Shown here in pieces: positions 47,435 to 56,564 of a stretch of DNA of 64,000 nt. Origin of the DNA: a virus. The position numbers were made by a program, and so were the translations under genes. The notes beneath the pieces were generated by a model, which worked only from the letters and a program-made list of their open reading frames with translations, had not been told where the DNA came from and ran no database searches. Each line of letters opens with the position of its first letter. Positions within the stretch are counted from its first letter, which is position 1. The DNA lies in IMG/VR virus record IMGVR_UViG_3300045970_000382, positions 32,001 to 96,000 of that record; one strand, written 5' to 3'.

Positions 47435-48568
47435 ATGGCAACGTCAGGTTTTCAAAGTAATTCAGCTACATTAGAAGGTATTTTTGTTAAAAAGAATATT
47501 TTCCTAGAATCTAATTTATGGGCTTTTGGCGATAATTATAGTGGACAATTAGGTAATGGTACAACCATTAAATATTCCAGCCCTATTCAAGTAGGTAGCT
47601 TAACTAATTGGAAACAAGTTGCTTGTAGATGTACATATACCTTAGCCATTAAAACAGACGGCACTTTATGGGCTTTTGGCGATAATTATAGTGGACAATT
47701 AGGTAATGGTACAACCATTAAATATTCCAGCCCTATTCAAATTGGTAGTCTGACTAATTGGAAACAAGTTGCTACTGGTTTTTATCATAGTGCAGCTATT
47801 AAAACAGATGGAACTTTATGGGGGTTTGGTACTAATTCTTATGGACAATTAGGCAATAATACAACTATTGATTACTCTAGTCCTATTCAAGTAGGCAGTT
47901 TAACGGATTGGAAACAAGTTGCTTGTGGATGTACATATACCTTAGCCATTAAAACAGACGGCACTTTATGGGCTTTTGGCGATAATTATAGTGGACAATT
48001 AGGTAACGGTACAACCATTGGTTACTCCAGCCCTATTCAAGTAGGTAGCTTAACTAATTGGAAACAAGTTGCTTGTAGAGATAAATATACTGTAGCTATT
48101 AAAACTGATGGCACTTTATGGGCTTGTGGATATAATGGTTTTGGGCAATTAGGTAACGATACACGTATTAATTATTCTTCTCCTATTCAAGTAGGTAGTC
48201 TGACTAACTGGAAACAAGTTGCTTGTGGGAGCTATCATACTTTAGCTATTAAAACAGACGGCACTTTATGGGCTTATGGAAATAGTGGTTATGGACAATT
48301 AGGCAACGGTACAACCATTAGATATTCCAGCCCTATTCAAATTGGTAGTCTGACTAATTGGAAACAAGTTGCTTGTGGATATAAACATACTGTAGCCATT
48401 AAGACGGATGGGGCATTATGGACTTGTGGATATAATGGTTTGGGACAATTAGGCAACGGTACAAGAATTAATTACTCCAGCCCCATTCAAATTGGTAGTT
48501 TAACTAACTGGAAACAAGTTGCTGGTGGGAGCTATCATACTTTAGCCATTAAGACAGATGACTTATAA
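47435..48568 (+). CDS. RCC1-repeat 7-bladed beta-propeller protein 3
   Basis: Seven 50-aa repeats. Confidence 0.9.
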   Translation: MATSGFQSNSATLEGIFVKKNIFLESNLWAFGDNYSGQLGNGTTIKYSSPIQVGSLTNWKQVACRCTYTLAIKTDGTLWAFGDNYSGQLGNGTTIKYSSPIQIGSLTNWKQVATGFYHSAAIKTDGTLWGFGTNSYGQLGNNTTIDYSSPIQVGSLTDWKQVACGCTYTLAIKTDGTLWAFGDNYSGQLGNGTTIGYSSPIQVGSLTNWKQVACRDKYTVAIKTDGTLWACGYNGFGQLGNDTRINYSSPIQVGSLTNWKQVACGSYHTLAIKTDGTLWAYGNSGYGQLGNGTTIRYSSPIQIGSLTNWKQVACGYKHTVAIKTDGALWTCGYNGLGQLGNGTRINYSSPIQIGSLTNWKQVAGGSYHTLAIKTDDL

Positions 48569-48577
48569 CAGGATTTT

Positions 48578-49351
48578 ATGAAAAAATACATATTCACGGC
48601 AGGACTACCTAGAGCTGGAACTACGCTCTTAGGTACTATTTTAAAACAAAACCCACGGTTTGAAGCCTCCATATCAGGGCCACTGGCACGGTTTGTCAGA
48701 GCTGTTATTCAAGAGTCATCTTCCCAAGGCGGATATCGCCATGAATGTCCACCTCCATTACGAAAACGGCTTATCCAAGGGCTGTTTGAGAATTATTACA
48801 GCGACCCCACCAAAGATGTTGCGTTCAATCATAATCGCGGTTGGGGTTTGTTGCTACCTACTATTAAAGACCTTTACCCCGATTGTAAGTTGATTCTATG
48901 TGTGAGAGACATGGGCTGGGTGTTGGATTCATTTGAAACTTTAGTAAGAAAGAATCCTTATTCGTTTTCCTCCATGTTCTCTTTAGATGAAAATATCAAT
49001 GTTTATACCCGTTGTGAAACTCTATTAAGACCAGATAGGACATTAGGTTTTGCTTACAATGCAGTTAAGCAAGCCATCACTTCCGAACATAATGATTCTG
49101 TTTTTATACTTGAATATGACAAGCTGGCACAAGTCCCAGAACTGATGCTTAAAGCCCTGTATAACTTTATTGAAGAACCTTACTTTGAGCATGATTTTAA
49201 TGATGTTGAGGCTTCTTATGATGAATTCGATGAAGATGTACAGTTACCCGGACTACATACTACTCGAAAAAAAGTGGAGTTTATTGAACGTAAGACTATA
49301 ATTCCACCTGATATATGGGAGCGTGTCAAAAACATGGAAGTGTGGAAATGA
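48578..49351 (+). CDS. Sulfotransferase family protein
   Basis: PAPS-binding GLPRAGTTLL..IL.QNP; K.I.CVRD...VL.SFE. Confidence 0.85.
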   Translation: MKKYIFTAGLPRAGTTLLGTILKQNPRFEASISGPLARFVRAVIQESSSQGGYRHECPPPLRKRLIQGLFENYYSDPTKDVAFNHNRGWGLLLPTIKDLYPDCKLILCVRDMGWVLDSFETLVRKNPYSFSSMFSLDENINVYTRCETLLRPDRTLGFAYNAVKQAITSEHNDSVFILEYDKLAQVPELMLKALYNFIEEPYFEHDFNDVEASYDEFDEDVQLPGLHTTRKKVEFIERKTIIPPDIWERVKNMEVWK

Positions 49352-50079
49352 TTTACAATGTCATACCTGGAACGTTTAATAATTATGGAATAAGAAATGG
49401 AGATATGATTGCCATTATCAATTTCCTGCAATGGTTTAGAATGCAGGAAGACGACCCTACTATTAAACTCCACATAAAATCTAATGTCATAGTTAAAACT
49501 GACTATTGCAAACAGTTCTATAAATTGTTATGTGAACTGACCGACTGTTTTTCTCTGACAGAAGGCTATCAAAATCTACCTTATCATGAACTGATGCTTT
49601 GGGACTTCAGGGACATTTGTGGGGATGTAGTATCCATTCATAATCCTCATATCCAAAAGAAAAAGATTGTAGTGTTTCCGGTCTATGATTCAGATTACCA
49701 TGTTTATAGGAATTGGAATATAAGTCTACTTGAATCCATACTAGAAGAGTACACTGAAAAATATCCCGATTATGAAAAACTGCTCTGTGTTAAAGACCTA
49801 CCTGATTTAGATATAAAAATGTCAGGGTTTTCCATCAGCACCCACTTTATGCAAAACATAAAACATATTATGGAAGCGGAGATATTCATTGGTGGTGATA
49901 CCGGGGTTTCACATTTCGCTTCAGCACTTAACCTTGGTCCTAAAGAACTAGTGTACTGTTACAATGGCAGGAGCACGGTACATACTTTGCCTTTTCATTT
50001 ATTAAGTGGTAAAGGCACGTTAAGAAAATACTGGTTAAATTGCTATAAAACAACCTATAAAGGACAGCTAGTGTTATGA
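49348..50079 (+). CDS. GT-B / GT9-like glycosyltransferase
   Basis: R.GD.I at the N-terminus; I..AE.FIGGDTG.SH.A.AL; ATGA overlap start 49348. Confidence 0.6.
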   Translation: MIYNVIPGTFNNYGIRNGDMIAIINFLQWFRMQEDDPTIKLHIKSNVIVKTDYCKQFYKLLCELTDCFSLTEGYQNLPYHELMLWDFRDICGDVVSIHNPHIQKKKIVVFPVYDSDYHVYRNWNISLLESILEEYTEKYPDYEKLLCVKDLPDLDIKMSGFSISTHFMQNIKHIMEAEIFIGGDTGVSHFASALNLGPKELVYCYNGRSTVHTLPFHLLSGKGTLRKYWLNCYKTTYKGQLVL

Positions 50080-50663
50080 AGATATTGTTAGGTAGCGGTT
50101 ATAAAAAAGAAGAAGGTTTTGTTACTATAGATGACGACCCTATAGTGAATCCAGATTATCTGATAAATCTGGATGATGTTAATATAAAACTACCTTTTGC
50201 GGATAATTCAGTTAGTGAAATCAGGGCTTATCATATTTTGGAGCATATTGGTGAAGGGTTTATACCTCTAATTCAAGAGATGTATAGAATATCTGAACAT
50301 AATGCAATATTGGATATTAAAGTACCCCACCATAACCACGAAGTCTATTATGGAGATCCTACCCATAAACGACCTATCACAGTCAATGGCATGAAATTAT
50401 TTGACCAAGACTACAATCGGGAACATATAGCGGAGCATAATGCCAGTTCGGGATTAGGTATCCGGTATAAGGTTGATTTCAGAATGCTCTGGTATAATTT
50501 TGATTATGACCCTTTTTATATGGATATGATTAAAGGGATTGAACAACGCCAAGCAGCAGGAACTTTATCCAAAGAAGAAGAATTTGCTTTTATGCGTTTA
50601 ATGCGTGAGGCTAATAATGTGGCAATGAACACTAACATTAAGATGCTGGCTATCAAGGAGTAA
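50076..50663 (+). CDS. Class I SAM-dependent methyltransferase-like protein
   Basis: LLGSG....GF..ID...LPF.DNSV.EI.A.H.LEH...E.YR......I.VP...DPTH. Confidence 0.75.
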   Translation: MKILLGSGYKKEEGFVTIDDDPIVNPDYLINLDDVNIKLPFADNSVSEIRAYHILEHIGEGFIPLIQEMYRISEHNAILDIKVPHHNHEVYYGDPTHKRPITVNGMKLFDQDYNREHIAEHNASSGLGIRYKVDFRMLWYNFDYDPFYMDMIKGIEQRQAAGTLSKEEEFAFMRLMREANNVAMNTNIKMLAIKE

Positions 50664-50667
50664 TGCA

Positions 50668-52065
50668 GTGGCACAACCTATAAAGTATGACAGTAATGAC
50701 CCATTATCTTTTATTATAGAATATTTAGAAAAAGCTAATGAGGATGAACTAGCTAATAAGGTACTAGATGTATTTGCCAGAAACTCCAATCAATTGGAGC
50801 AGTTTAACTTGTTGGCTAAACTGTATTTGGATTTACGGAACGGTGACAAGGCCGAAGAGTTTTCCCTAAAAGTGTTGTCCATGGTGGCTGACCCGCAAGC
50901 TCAATATAATGCTAGGTCTAACATCGCCAAGATGTATAACAACATGAACAAACCTGATAAGTCTTTACAGCACTCCAGCCTGAATAGGATTATTACTCCA
51001 GATGACCCAGATACCCTGTTAGAATCAGTATTTTCGTTATACTTATTAGGTCAAAAAGACGATGCTGAAAAGATACTGAGAGATTTGAAAGCTAGGGAAG
51101 ATACTTTAAGCGAACACCATCAAACTATTGTTGATTTTAACTTGGGTACGTATGACATGGAGCAAGGTCACTTCCTAAAAGGGTTGGCTGGGTTTTTAAT
51201 TAATATCAAAAAATTAGGCTTATGGTTCTCCAACAGGGAACTACCCTACAAGTATTGGAATGGCGGTATATATCCGGGTAGAACTTTAATCTTGTTTATG
51301 GAAGGCGGAGGCATTGGTGACGAGTTCATATCTGTGAGACACATGGATGACCTTAAAAGACTTGGGTTTAGACCTATCTATTATACCTTTAGACCGGACT
51401 TATATAAGATTTTTAACCGTTGTGGCTATGAAACGGTATTAAATCTTGATGATGTACCTAAAGATTCCTTATGGACTTACGCCATGCAAGTGCCATTATG
51501 GATAAAGAAGACTCCTGAAACTATTATCAGGGAAAATTATCTATATCCATCTGATGAAGCCAGATCTAAATGGCAGTTTATAAAAGATTCTAACAAGTTT
51601 AAGATTGGTGTACGTTGGCAAGGTAATGCTAAAAATGAACGTGACTTGCATCGTAAGGTTCCTCTTGACGGGATTATGGACACTTTAAAATCAGTATATA
51701 AGAACAAAGATGTAGAATATTATTCGTTACAGATTGGTGATGGTGAGGAAGAGATTGTTAATTACCTTGAATTGATAAACGTATCTGATAAAATAGAATC
51801 TTATGATGATACTTTAGCATTATTGGAAAACTTAGATTTGGTTGTATCTTCGTGTACTTCGGTACTCCATGCCTCAGCTATAGTGGGTACTGAAACCATT
51901 GGTTTGATTCCAATATCAGCTTATTTCACATGGTTAAGTCCCACTCCTAATAGACCTATTTATACCAGCATCTGGTATGGCGACAATTTAAGAATTTTTA
52001 AACAGACTACTATCAATAGTTGGGAAACTCCTTTTAATCAGATAAAGGAATATCTTAATGGATGA
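50668..52065 (+). CDS. TPR-domain plus GT9-like glycosyltransferase
   Basis: Helical TPR N-terminus; W.G.......EGG.GD; KIG.RWQG; YSLQ; DT.A...NLDLV.S.CTSV.H. Confidence 0.8.
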   Translation: MAQPIKYDSNDPLSFIIEYLEKANEDELANKVLDVFARNSNQLEQFNLLAKLYLDLRNGDKAEEFSLKVLSMVADPQAQYNARSNIAKMYNNMNKPDKSLQHSSLNRIITPDDPDTLLESVFSLYLLGQKDDAEKILRDLKAREDTLSEHHQTIVDFNLGTYDMEQGHFLKGLAGFLINIKKLGLWFSNRELPYKYWNGGIYPGRTLILFMEGGGIGDEFISVRHMDDLKRLGFRPIYYTFRPDLYKIFNRCGYETVLNLDDVPKDSLWTYAMQVPLWIKKTPETIIRENYLYPSDEARSKWQFIKDSNKFKIGVRWQGNAKNERDLHRKVPLDGIMDTLKSVYKNKDVEYYSLQIGDGEEEIVNYLELINVSDKIESYDDTLALLENLDLVVSSCTSVLHASAIVGTETIGLIPISAYFTWLSPTPNRPIYTSIWYGDNLRIFKQTTINSWETPFNQIKEYLNG

Positions 52066-52744
52066 CTTTTATACTTTTATTGTATTATCCACTATCAATA
52101 CTGATACAGGTGTTCTTGACAGATTGGTTAGATTTGAGCAGACTATTAACACTTTAAATTCAATAAGGTTGAAAGTACCCAATGCAAAGATAATCTTTTT
52201 AGATAACTCTATAGAACCCTTGACACCTGAACAACTTAAACAGATATGGGCTAAAGTAGATATTTGTAAGTATGCTTTCCAAACTTTACCCAACCTTTAT
52301 TTTAATCAGAGAGGTCTGAAAGGTGATGGGGAAATTTGTATGATGTACGAAGCCATGCAAATACTTAAAATTTCTGAATTGCTTGGAAAACGTGTTTTTA
52401 AGTTATCTGGCAGATATTTTTTAAACGAGCATTTTAATATAGATGCTTATAATGATCTACAAGGTAAATATGTAGCCAAGATTAACGCTTGGGACATTAC
52501 TAAAGATAATTGGGTTACTAGAGAACAAGTTTATTATTTTGAAACAAGATTGTGGTCATTCTGTGGTACATTATTTGATGAATTTTATAATCAACTACCT
52601 GTCATTTTTAATTACATGATGAATGTGGATAATAATCTTGAGAAAGCTTATTTAAAATTATTAGATCCAGATAAGATAGTACCTATGGATGTTATCGGAG
52701 TTAGTGGTTATTCGGCTGATACTGGGGAGATAAAGATAGAATGA
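52058..52744 (+). CDS. Hypothetical, possibly glycosyltransferase-related protein
   Basis: R..QT..T..SIR..VP....I..DNS; K..GE; R.FKLSGRY.L. Confidence 0.55.
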   Translation: MDDFYTFIVLSTINTDTGVLDRLVRFEQTINTLNSIRLKVPNAKIIFLDNSIEPLTPEQLKQIWAKVDICKYAFQTLPNLYFNQRGLKGDGEICMMYEAMQILKISELLGKRVFKLSGRYFLNEHFNIDAYNDLQGKYVAKINAWDITKDNWVTREQVYYFETRLWSFCGTLFDEFYNQLPVIFNYMMNVDNNLEKAYLKLLDPDKIVPMDVIGVSGYSADTGEIKIE

Positions 52745-53133
52745 AGATATTGATTTATGGATTATCCGGTTCAGGAAAATCTACGTTAGCTAAGAAATTA
52801 GCTGATAGATTAAATATCCCAATTATTAATGGAGATGAAGTTAGGATGCAGTTTAATGACTGGGACTTTTCCATTGATGGAAGATTGAGACAAGCAATTC
52901 GTATAAAGGATATAAGTGAGAGTTATGATTTAGTTATTTTAGATTTTATTTGTCCGTTATCTGAATCTAGAGATACACTTAATCCTGATATAACTATTTT
53001 GATGGATACAATTGAAGAATGCCAATATGAAGATACTAATTCTATTTTTGAATTTGGTAATCCTGATATAATTATTTCAAAATTTGATTATGATGTAGAT
53101 AGAATTTTAGAAAGGTTATTAGAAAATTCATGA
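52741..53133 (+). CDS. cysC: Adenylyl-sulfate (APS) kinase-like P-loop protein
   Basis: GLSGSGKSTLA, NGDEVR, DFS..GR.RQ, DFICP; shorter than cellular CysC. Confidence 0.7.
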   Translation: MKILIYGLSGSGKSTLAKKLADRLNIPIINGDEVRMQFNDWDFSIDGRLRQAIRIKDISESYDLVILDFICPLSESRDTLNPDITILMDTIEECQYEDTNSIFEFGNPDIIISKFDYDVDRILERLLENS

Positions 53134-53432
53134 TTGAAAAAGATCCCTCCAGTTATTCCATGTTGACTTATACAGCTATCCTGCTGTTGTCAACATGGGG
53201 TTCTATTGTCAATATCATTAACAAAAAAGAATTCAAAATAATGGAAGCTTTGGGTGAGGTATTCACTTCGGCTTTTATAGGTTTGCTGGTATTCTGGTTA
53301 TGTGAAGGTGCAGATATAGTTCCATTATATACAGCCGCTTTAATAGGTATCAGTTCTCACATGGGGTCGAGGGGTTTATTTCAATTGGAACTTATATTAC
53401 AAAAAAAAATAAACAAGATAGGAGATTTATAA
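53130..53432 (+). CDS. Holin (LydA-like)
   Basis: EKDP...S..TY, three hydrophobic segments, GE..TSAF.G, GI..HMG.R. Confidence 0.8.
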   Translation: MIEKDPSSYSMLTYTAILLLSTWGSIVNIINKKEFKIMEALGEVFTSAFIGLLVFWLCEGADIVPLYTAALIGISSHMGSRGLFQLELILQKKINKIGDL

Positions 53433-53515
53433 TGAAAAATCCAAGTGACACTAAAAAAGGCCCAGGTCGTAGACCCGCCAACAAACAAGACCATAAAAAG
53501 AAGAAAAATAAATAA
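53432..53515 (+). CDS. 27-aa basic peptide (not in ORF track)
   Basis: MKNPSDTKKGPGRRPANKQDHKKKKNK*; TAATG coupling to holin, ggag upstream. Confidence 0.45.
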   Translation: MKNPSDTKKGPGRRPANKQDHKKKKNK

Positions 53516-53527
53516 GGGGGACAGACC

Positions 53528-53740
53528 ATAAAAATATTACCCATAAAAATAGAATCAAATACTATTTACAACGTACTTATGAATGGCGAGTATAGATTGA
53601 GGGCAGGTGGTGATTTAATTACGGACGGCTTTAGTGTAATCGTCATTAAGATGTCGCAGCAAGATGTAAAGGACGCTTTAATGCCGTTGCGAAGGCATTA
53701 TATGGAGCGTATAGGGGATAATTTAGATGAGGGTTTATAA
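53528..53740 (+). CDS. Hypothetical 70-aa ORF (ATA start, or ATG 53579)
   Basis: Open frame after aggggg, ending in a TAATG overlap with the next ORF. Confidence 0.35.
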   Translation: MKILPIKIESNTIYNVLMNGEYRLRAGGDLITDGFSVIVIKMSQQDVKDALMPLRRHYMERIGDNLDEGL

Positions 53741-53868
53741 TGCGTAATTTTTGGGCTATCTTAAAAGTGTGGTAGTCTGACCCTTTAATAGTAGGATTCA
53801 TCTGGGGAATACTACTGAGTGCAGTTATTATTTTGTTAATTAATTTACAGACCATTCATTGTGGATAA
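53740..53868 (+). pseudogene. Small membrane-peptide ORF interrupted by in-frame TAG
   Basis: MRNFWAILKVW*SDPLIVGFIWGILLSAVIILLINLQTIHCG*; TAG at 53773-53775. Confidence 0.4.
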
Positions 53869-55120
53869 TATGGCTGCAATATTTGATGCCCTTACTGATG
53901 AAGATAGACGAATGACTAATCATGTTAATAAAAACCTAAAAGAACAGTTAAGTGAACGAATTAAAGAACAACGTTGTTTTAACGATATTTTTTACAGTGT
54001 CAGTAATTTGGATACACCTATACCTGAATTGTTACAGACTATTGTAAATTTGTTACCCAAAGGTTGGATGTACCCGGAAGTAACCGCCGCCAGAATAGTT
54101 GTTGAAGACCGTTGTTATGACACCATCAACTTTCGTGAAGGTTTTGCCCAGTTGACGGCTCTGATAGAACTTGATGGTTATTGTTACGGAAGTGTTTGTA
54201 TTACTTACCTTGAAGCTAAACCAGAACAACAGGAAGGCCTTTTTCTTTATGAAGAAAGTGTATTGTTAGATGCGGTAGCTTTATTAATAGCTAGAATTCT
54301 TAAACGTATCAGTCTAAATAAAGAACTGGCTCTTGAATATGAAGAAAAAGCCATACGGGCTGAAGAATTAAAAATAGCTAACAAAAAACTGGCTTTTCAA
54401 CAGGAAGAAAAAGCTAAACGTGCAGCAGAACTGGTAATTCTTACTACTTTAAAACAGGAAAAAAATAATCAGACAGCGGAACTGTTAATAGTTAACCAAA
54501 AATTACGCTTGTCTATCTTTGAGACCATTACCTTAGCACGGCAACTCGGTGAGATGCGTGACCCTTATACTGCGGGGCATGAAGAGCATGTAGGGGATTT
54601 GGCAGCGGCAATAAGTGTCGAAATGGGTCTGACTAAAGAATTTCAGGAAGGTATTCGTGTTGCTGGGTATCTGCATGATGTTGGTAAGATAATTATTCCT
54701 GCGGAAATACTGTGCAAACCGACAAAATTAAGTTTTGAAGAATTTGCTCTAATTAAAACTCATGTCATGGCAGGCTATGAGGTCGTTAAAAATATCAGCT
54801 TCCCTTGGGAAGTGGCACGACCTATTTTAGAACACCATGAGAAACTGGACGGCAGTGGTTATCCAAACGGTCTTAAAGGTGATGAAATATCACTGAATGG
54901 GCGTATTTTGGCAGTGGCGGATGCCTTAGATGCCATGTCTACGCATCGGCCCTATCGCCCGGCATTGGGGCTGTTTTTTGCAGTCACTGAAATAGAACGT
55001 TGTGCGGGTACTTACTACGATCCGCAGGTTGTAGAAGTCTGTGCAAGGCTATTTAAGGAAAAAATGATAACCGTTTATCATGACTATGCTAAAGTAATAT
55101 ACCCACTTGGACATAAATAA
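53861..55120 (+). CDS. HD-GYP cyclic-dinucleotide phosphodiesterase with GAF-like and coiled-coil N-terminus
   Basis: RDPYTAGH, LHDVGK, HHEKLDGSGYP.GL.G.EI, AVAD..DAM..HRPYR; likely start ATG 53870. Confidence 0.92.
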   Translation: MDNMAAIFDALTDEDRRMTNHVNKNLKEQLSERIKEQRCFNDIFYSVSNLDTPIPELLQTIVNLLPKGWMYPEVTAARIVVEDRCYDTINFREGFAQLTALIELDGYCYGSVCITYLEAKPEQQEGLFLYEESVLLDAVALLIARILKRISLNKELALEYEEKAIRAEELKIANKKLAFQQEEKAKRAAELVILTTLKQEKNNQTAELLIVNQKLRLSIFETITLARQLGEMRDPYTAGHEEHVGDLAAAISVEMGLTKEFQEGIRVAGYLHDVGKIIIPAEILCKPTKLSFEEFALIKTHVMAGYEVVKNISFPWEVARPILEHHEKLDGSGYPNGLKGDEISLNGRILAVADALDAMSTHRPYRPALGLFFAVTEIERCAGTYYDPQVVEVCARLFKEKMITVYHDYAKVIYPLGHK

Positions 55121-55390
55121 ATGAAATCCTTATATTATTTAACCCCAGTAGTGTTATTAATGGGGTGTACCATCGTCCATTATGACGCCTTACCTGGGCA
55201 AGGCACTAGCGTTTCCATTTATTCATTAGGGTCTGATAAAGCCTTTACAGACTTTAAAGCCAGCATAGATCAAAAAGGCAGCAGAAAACTATCTATTGGA
55301 GCTTTTGATGAAATACAAACTAAGGGCATGGAACAGGTTAATCAAGGATTAAAAATGATGGTGGAAGGGGCTGTTGCGGGGGCTAAATGA
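55121..55390 (+). CDS. Lipoprotein (possible spanin component)
   Basis: Signal peptide ending in lipobox LLMGC; lysis context. Confidence 0.6.
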   Translation: MKSLYYLTPVVLLMGCTIVHYDALPGQGTSVSIYSLGSDKAFTDFKASIDQKGSRKLSIGAFDEIQTKGMEQVNQGLKMMVEGAVAGAK

Positions 55391-55494
55391 TTATGAAAAT
55401 TATTGAAATTACTATTCTTACTCTAGTAGCAATGGGTATTTTATCTTTATTTGGCATGTGGATGTGTGCTTTGTTGAAAGATGATGATGAATGA
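55387..55494 (+). CDS. 35-aa membrane peptide (not in ORF track)
   Basis: MIMKIIEITILTLVAMGILSLFGMWMCALLKDDDE*; ATGA overlap. Confidence 0.45.
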   Translation: MIMKIIEITILTLVAMGILSLFGMWMCALLKDDDE

Positions 55495-55663
55495 ACTGGA
55501 AAAAATAACTGCCGAATTAAGAATGGAACAGGCTAGTATAATCCTGAAAATTCTAGTATATAGCTTTGGAAAATCTTTCTTTTGTGACAATTTAAGATAT
55601 TCCAGATTTTTTGGTAACGATTATCTAATTACGTTTAATTGCAAGAGAAATTCACATGATTAA
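55481..55663 (+). CDS. Hypothetical protein
   Basis: 60-aa ORF overlapping both neighbours. Confidence 0.4.
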   Translation: MMMNELEKITAELRMEQASIILKILVYSFGKSFFCDNLRYSRFFGNDYLITFNCKRNSHD

Positions 55664-56081
55664 CAGTAGAGATTTTAAAGACTTATTACCCCAAGTAGCA
55701 GACTTGGCTAAACAGTTTGTAGCTGTTTGTGAATCTAGAGGTCTGCATGTATTGATAACATCCACTTATCGTGATAAAGAAAGTCAAAATGCTTTATATG
55801 CAATAGGTAGAACTACTCCAGGTAAGCGTGTCACTAATGCTAAAGGAGGTGATTCTATGCATAATTACAAAATCGCTTTCGATTTCGTACCCATGTTATA
55901 TGGCAAACCTGCCTGGAACGAACTTGGATTATTTACCAAGTGTGGAGCTGTTGCTAAGAGTGTTGGTCTTGAATGGGGTGGTGATTGGAAAACTTTTAAA
56001 GATTTACCACATTGCCAGTTTACAGGTGGATTAACTTTAAGCGATTTTAGAGCTGGAAAAACTTTAACTAAAACGTCTTAA
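55656..56081 (+). CDS. Endolysin, M15 family L-Ala-D-Glu peptidase
   Basis: TYR..E.Q.ALYA.GRT.PG..VTNAKGG.S.HNY..AFD, EWGGDW..F.D.PH.Q. Confidence 0.92.
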   Translation: MINSRDFKDLLPQVADLAKQFVAVCESRGLHVLITSTYRDKESQNALYAIGRTTPGKRVTNAKGGDSMHNYKIAFDFVPMLYGKPAWNELGLFTKCGAVAKSVGLEWGGDWKTFKDLPHCQFTGGLTLSDFRAGKTLTKTS

Positions 56082-56564
56082 TTGAATAAATTTGTAATAA
56101 AGATCTCCATCTTTAATTAATTCTGTATTAACTATTTTCCATTTAAGAGGATCTATATCTGGAAAATAAGTGTCACCTTCAACATCTATAGGTAGTATTG
56201 ATAGATACAGACTATCAACATCTTCAATAAACAATTGATAAATCTCACCTCCTCCAATAATAAAAGTCTTAGTACAAGACCGACCTAAAACCAGAGCTTG
56301 TTCTTTGTTGTTGACTACGACCACATCACCCGCACCTGGTTCAGTTTCATAATGAAGTAAATCTTTTGTTCTTGATAAAACTATGTTAGTTCTATTTAAT
56401 AAAGGCTTACCTAATATCTCATAAGTTTTACTACCCATTATAATGGAAGAATATAAAGTTAGTTCTTGAAACCGTTTTAAATCTGTAGGTAATTTCCAAG
56501 GAATAGATCCATCTTTACCTATCACTCTGTTATTACTCATACAAGCTATTATTATTAAAGACAT
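56064..56564 (-). CDS. folA: Dihydrofolate reductase
   Basis: NRVIG..G.IPW.LP.DL.RF..LT...IIMG.KT...PL.NR.NIVLSR; FIIGG..IY; GDTYFP. Confidence 0.95.
   Translation of the reverse strand: MSLIIIACMSNNRVIGKDGSIPWKLPTDLKRFQELTLYSSIIMGSKTYEILGKPLLNRTNIVLSRTKDLLHYETEPGAGDVVVVNNKEQALVLGRSCTKTFIIGGGEIYQLFIEDVDSLYLSILPIDVEGDTYFPDIDPLKWKIVNTELIKDGDLYYKFIQLRRFS

Larger units (their letters stand above)
44526..48558 (+). repeat. 21 near-identical 150-bp coding repeats in three clusters of seven
   Basis: ttatgg at 44526, 44676 etc.; clusters approx. 44526-45560, 46371-47400 and 47516-48558. Confidence 0.9.

Noticed and set aside
44526-48558. DGR-type adenine mutagenesis of the RCC1 repeats (many variable codons look like NNT derivatives of AAT)
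   Set aside because: No reverse transcriptase or non-coding template repeat in the window; N/Y/D/S/G preference of RCC1 loops plus AT bias explains the T-ending codons; exceptions such as aag, tgg and caa exist. Revisit if an RT and template are found elsewhere in the genome.
44526-48558. CRISPR-like array
   Set aside because: Repeats are in-frame 150-bp coding units without unique spacers
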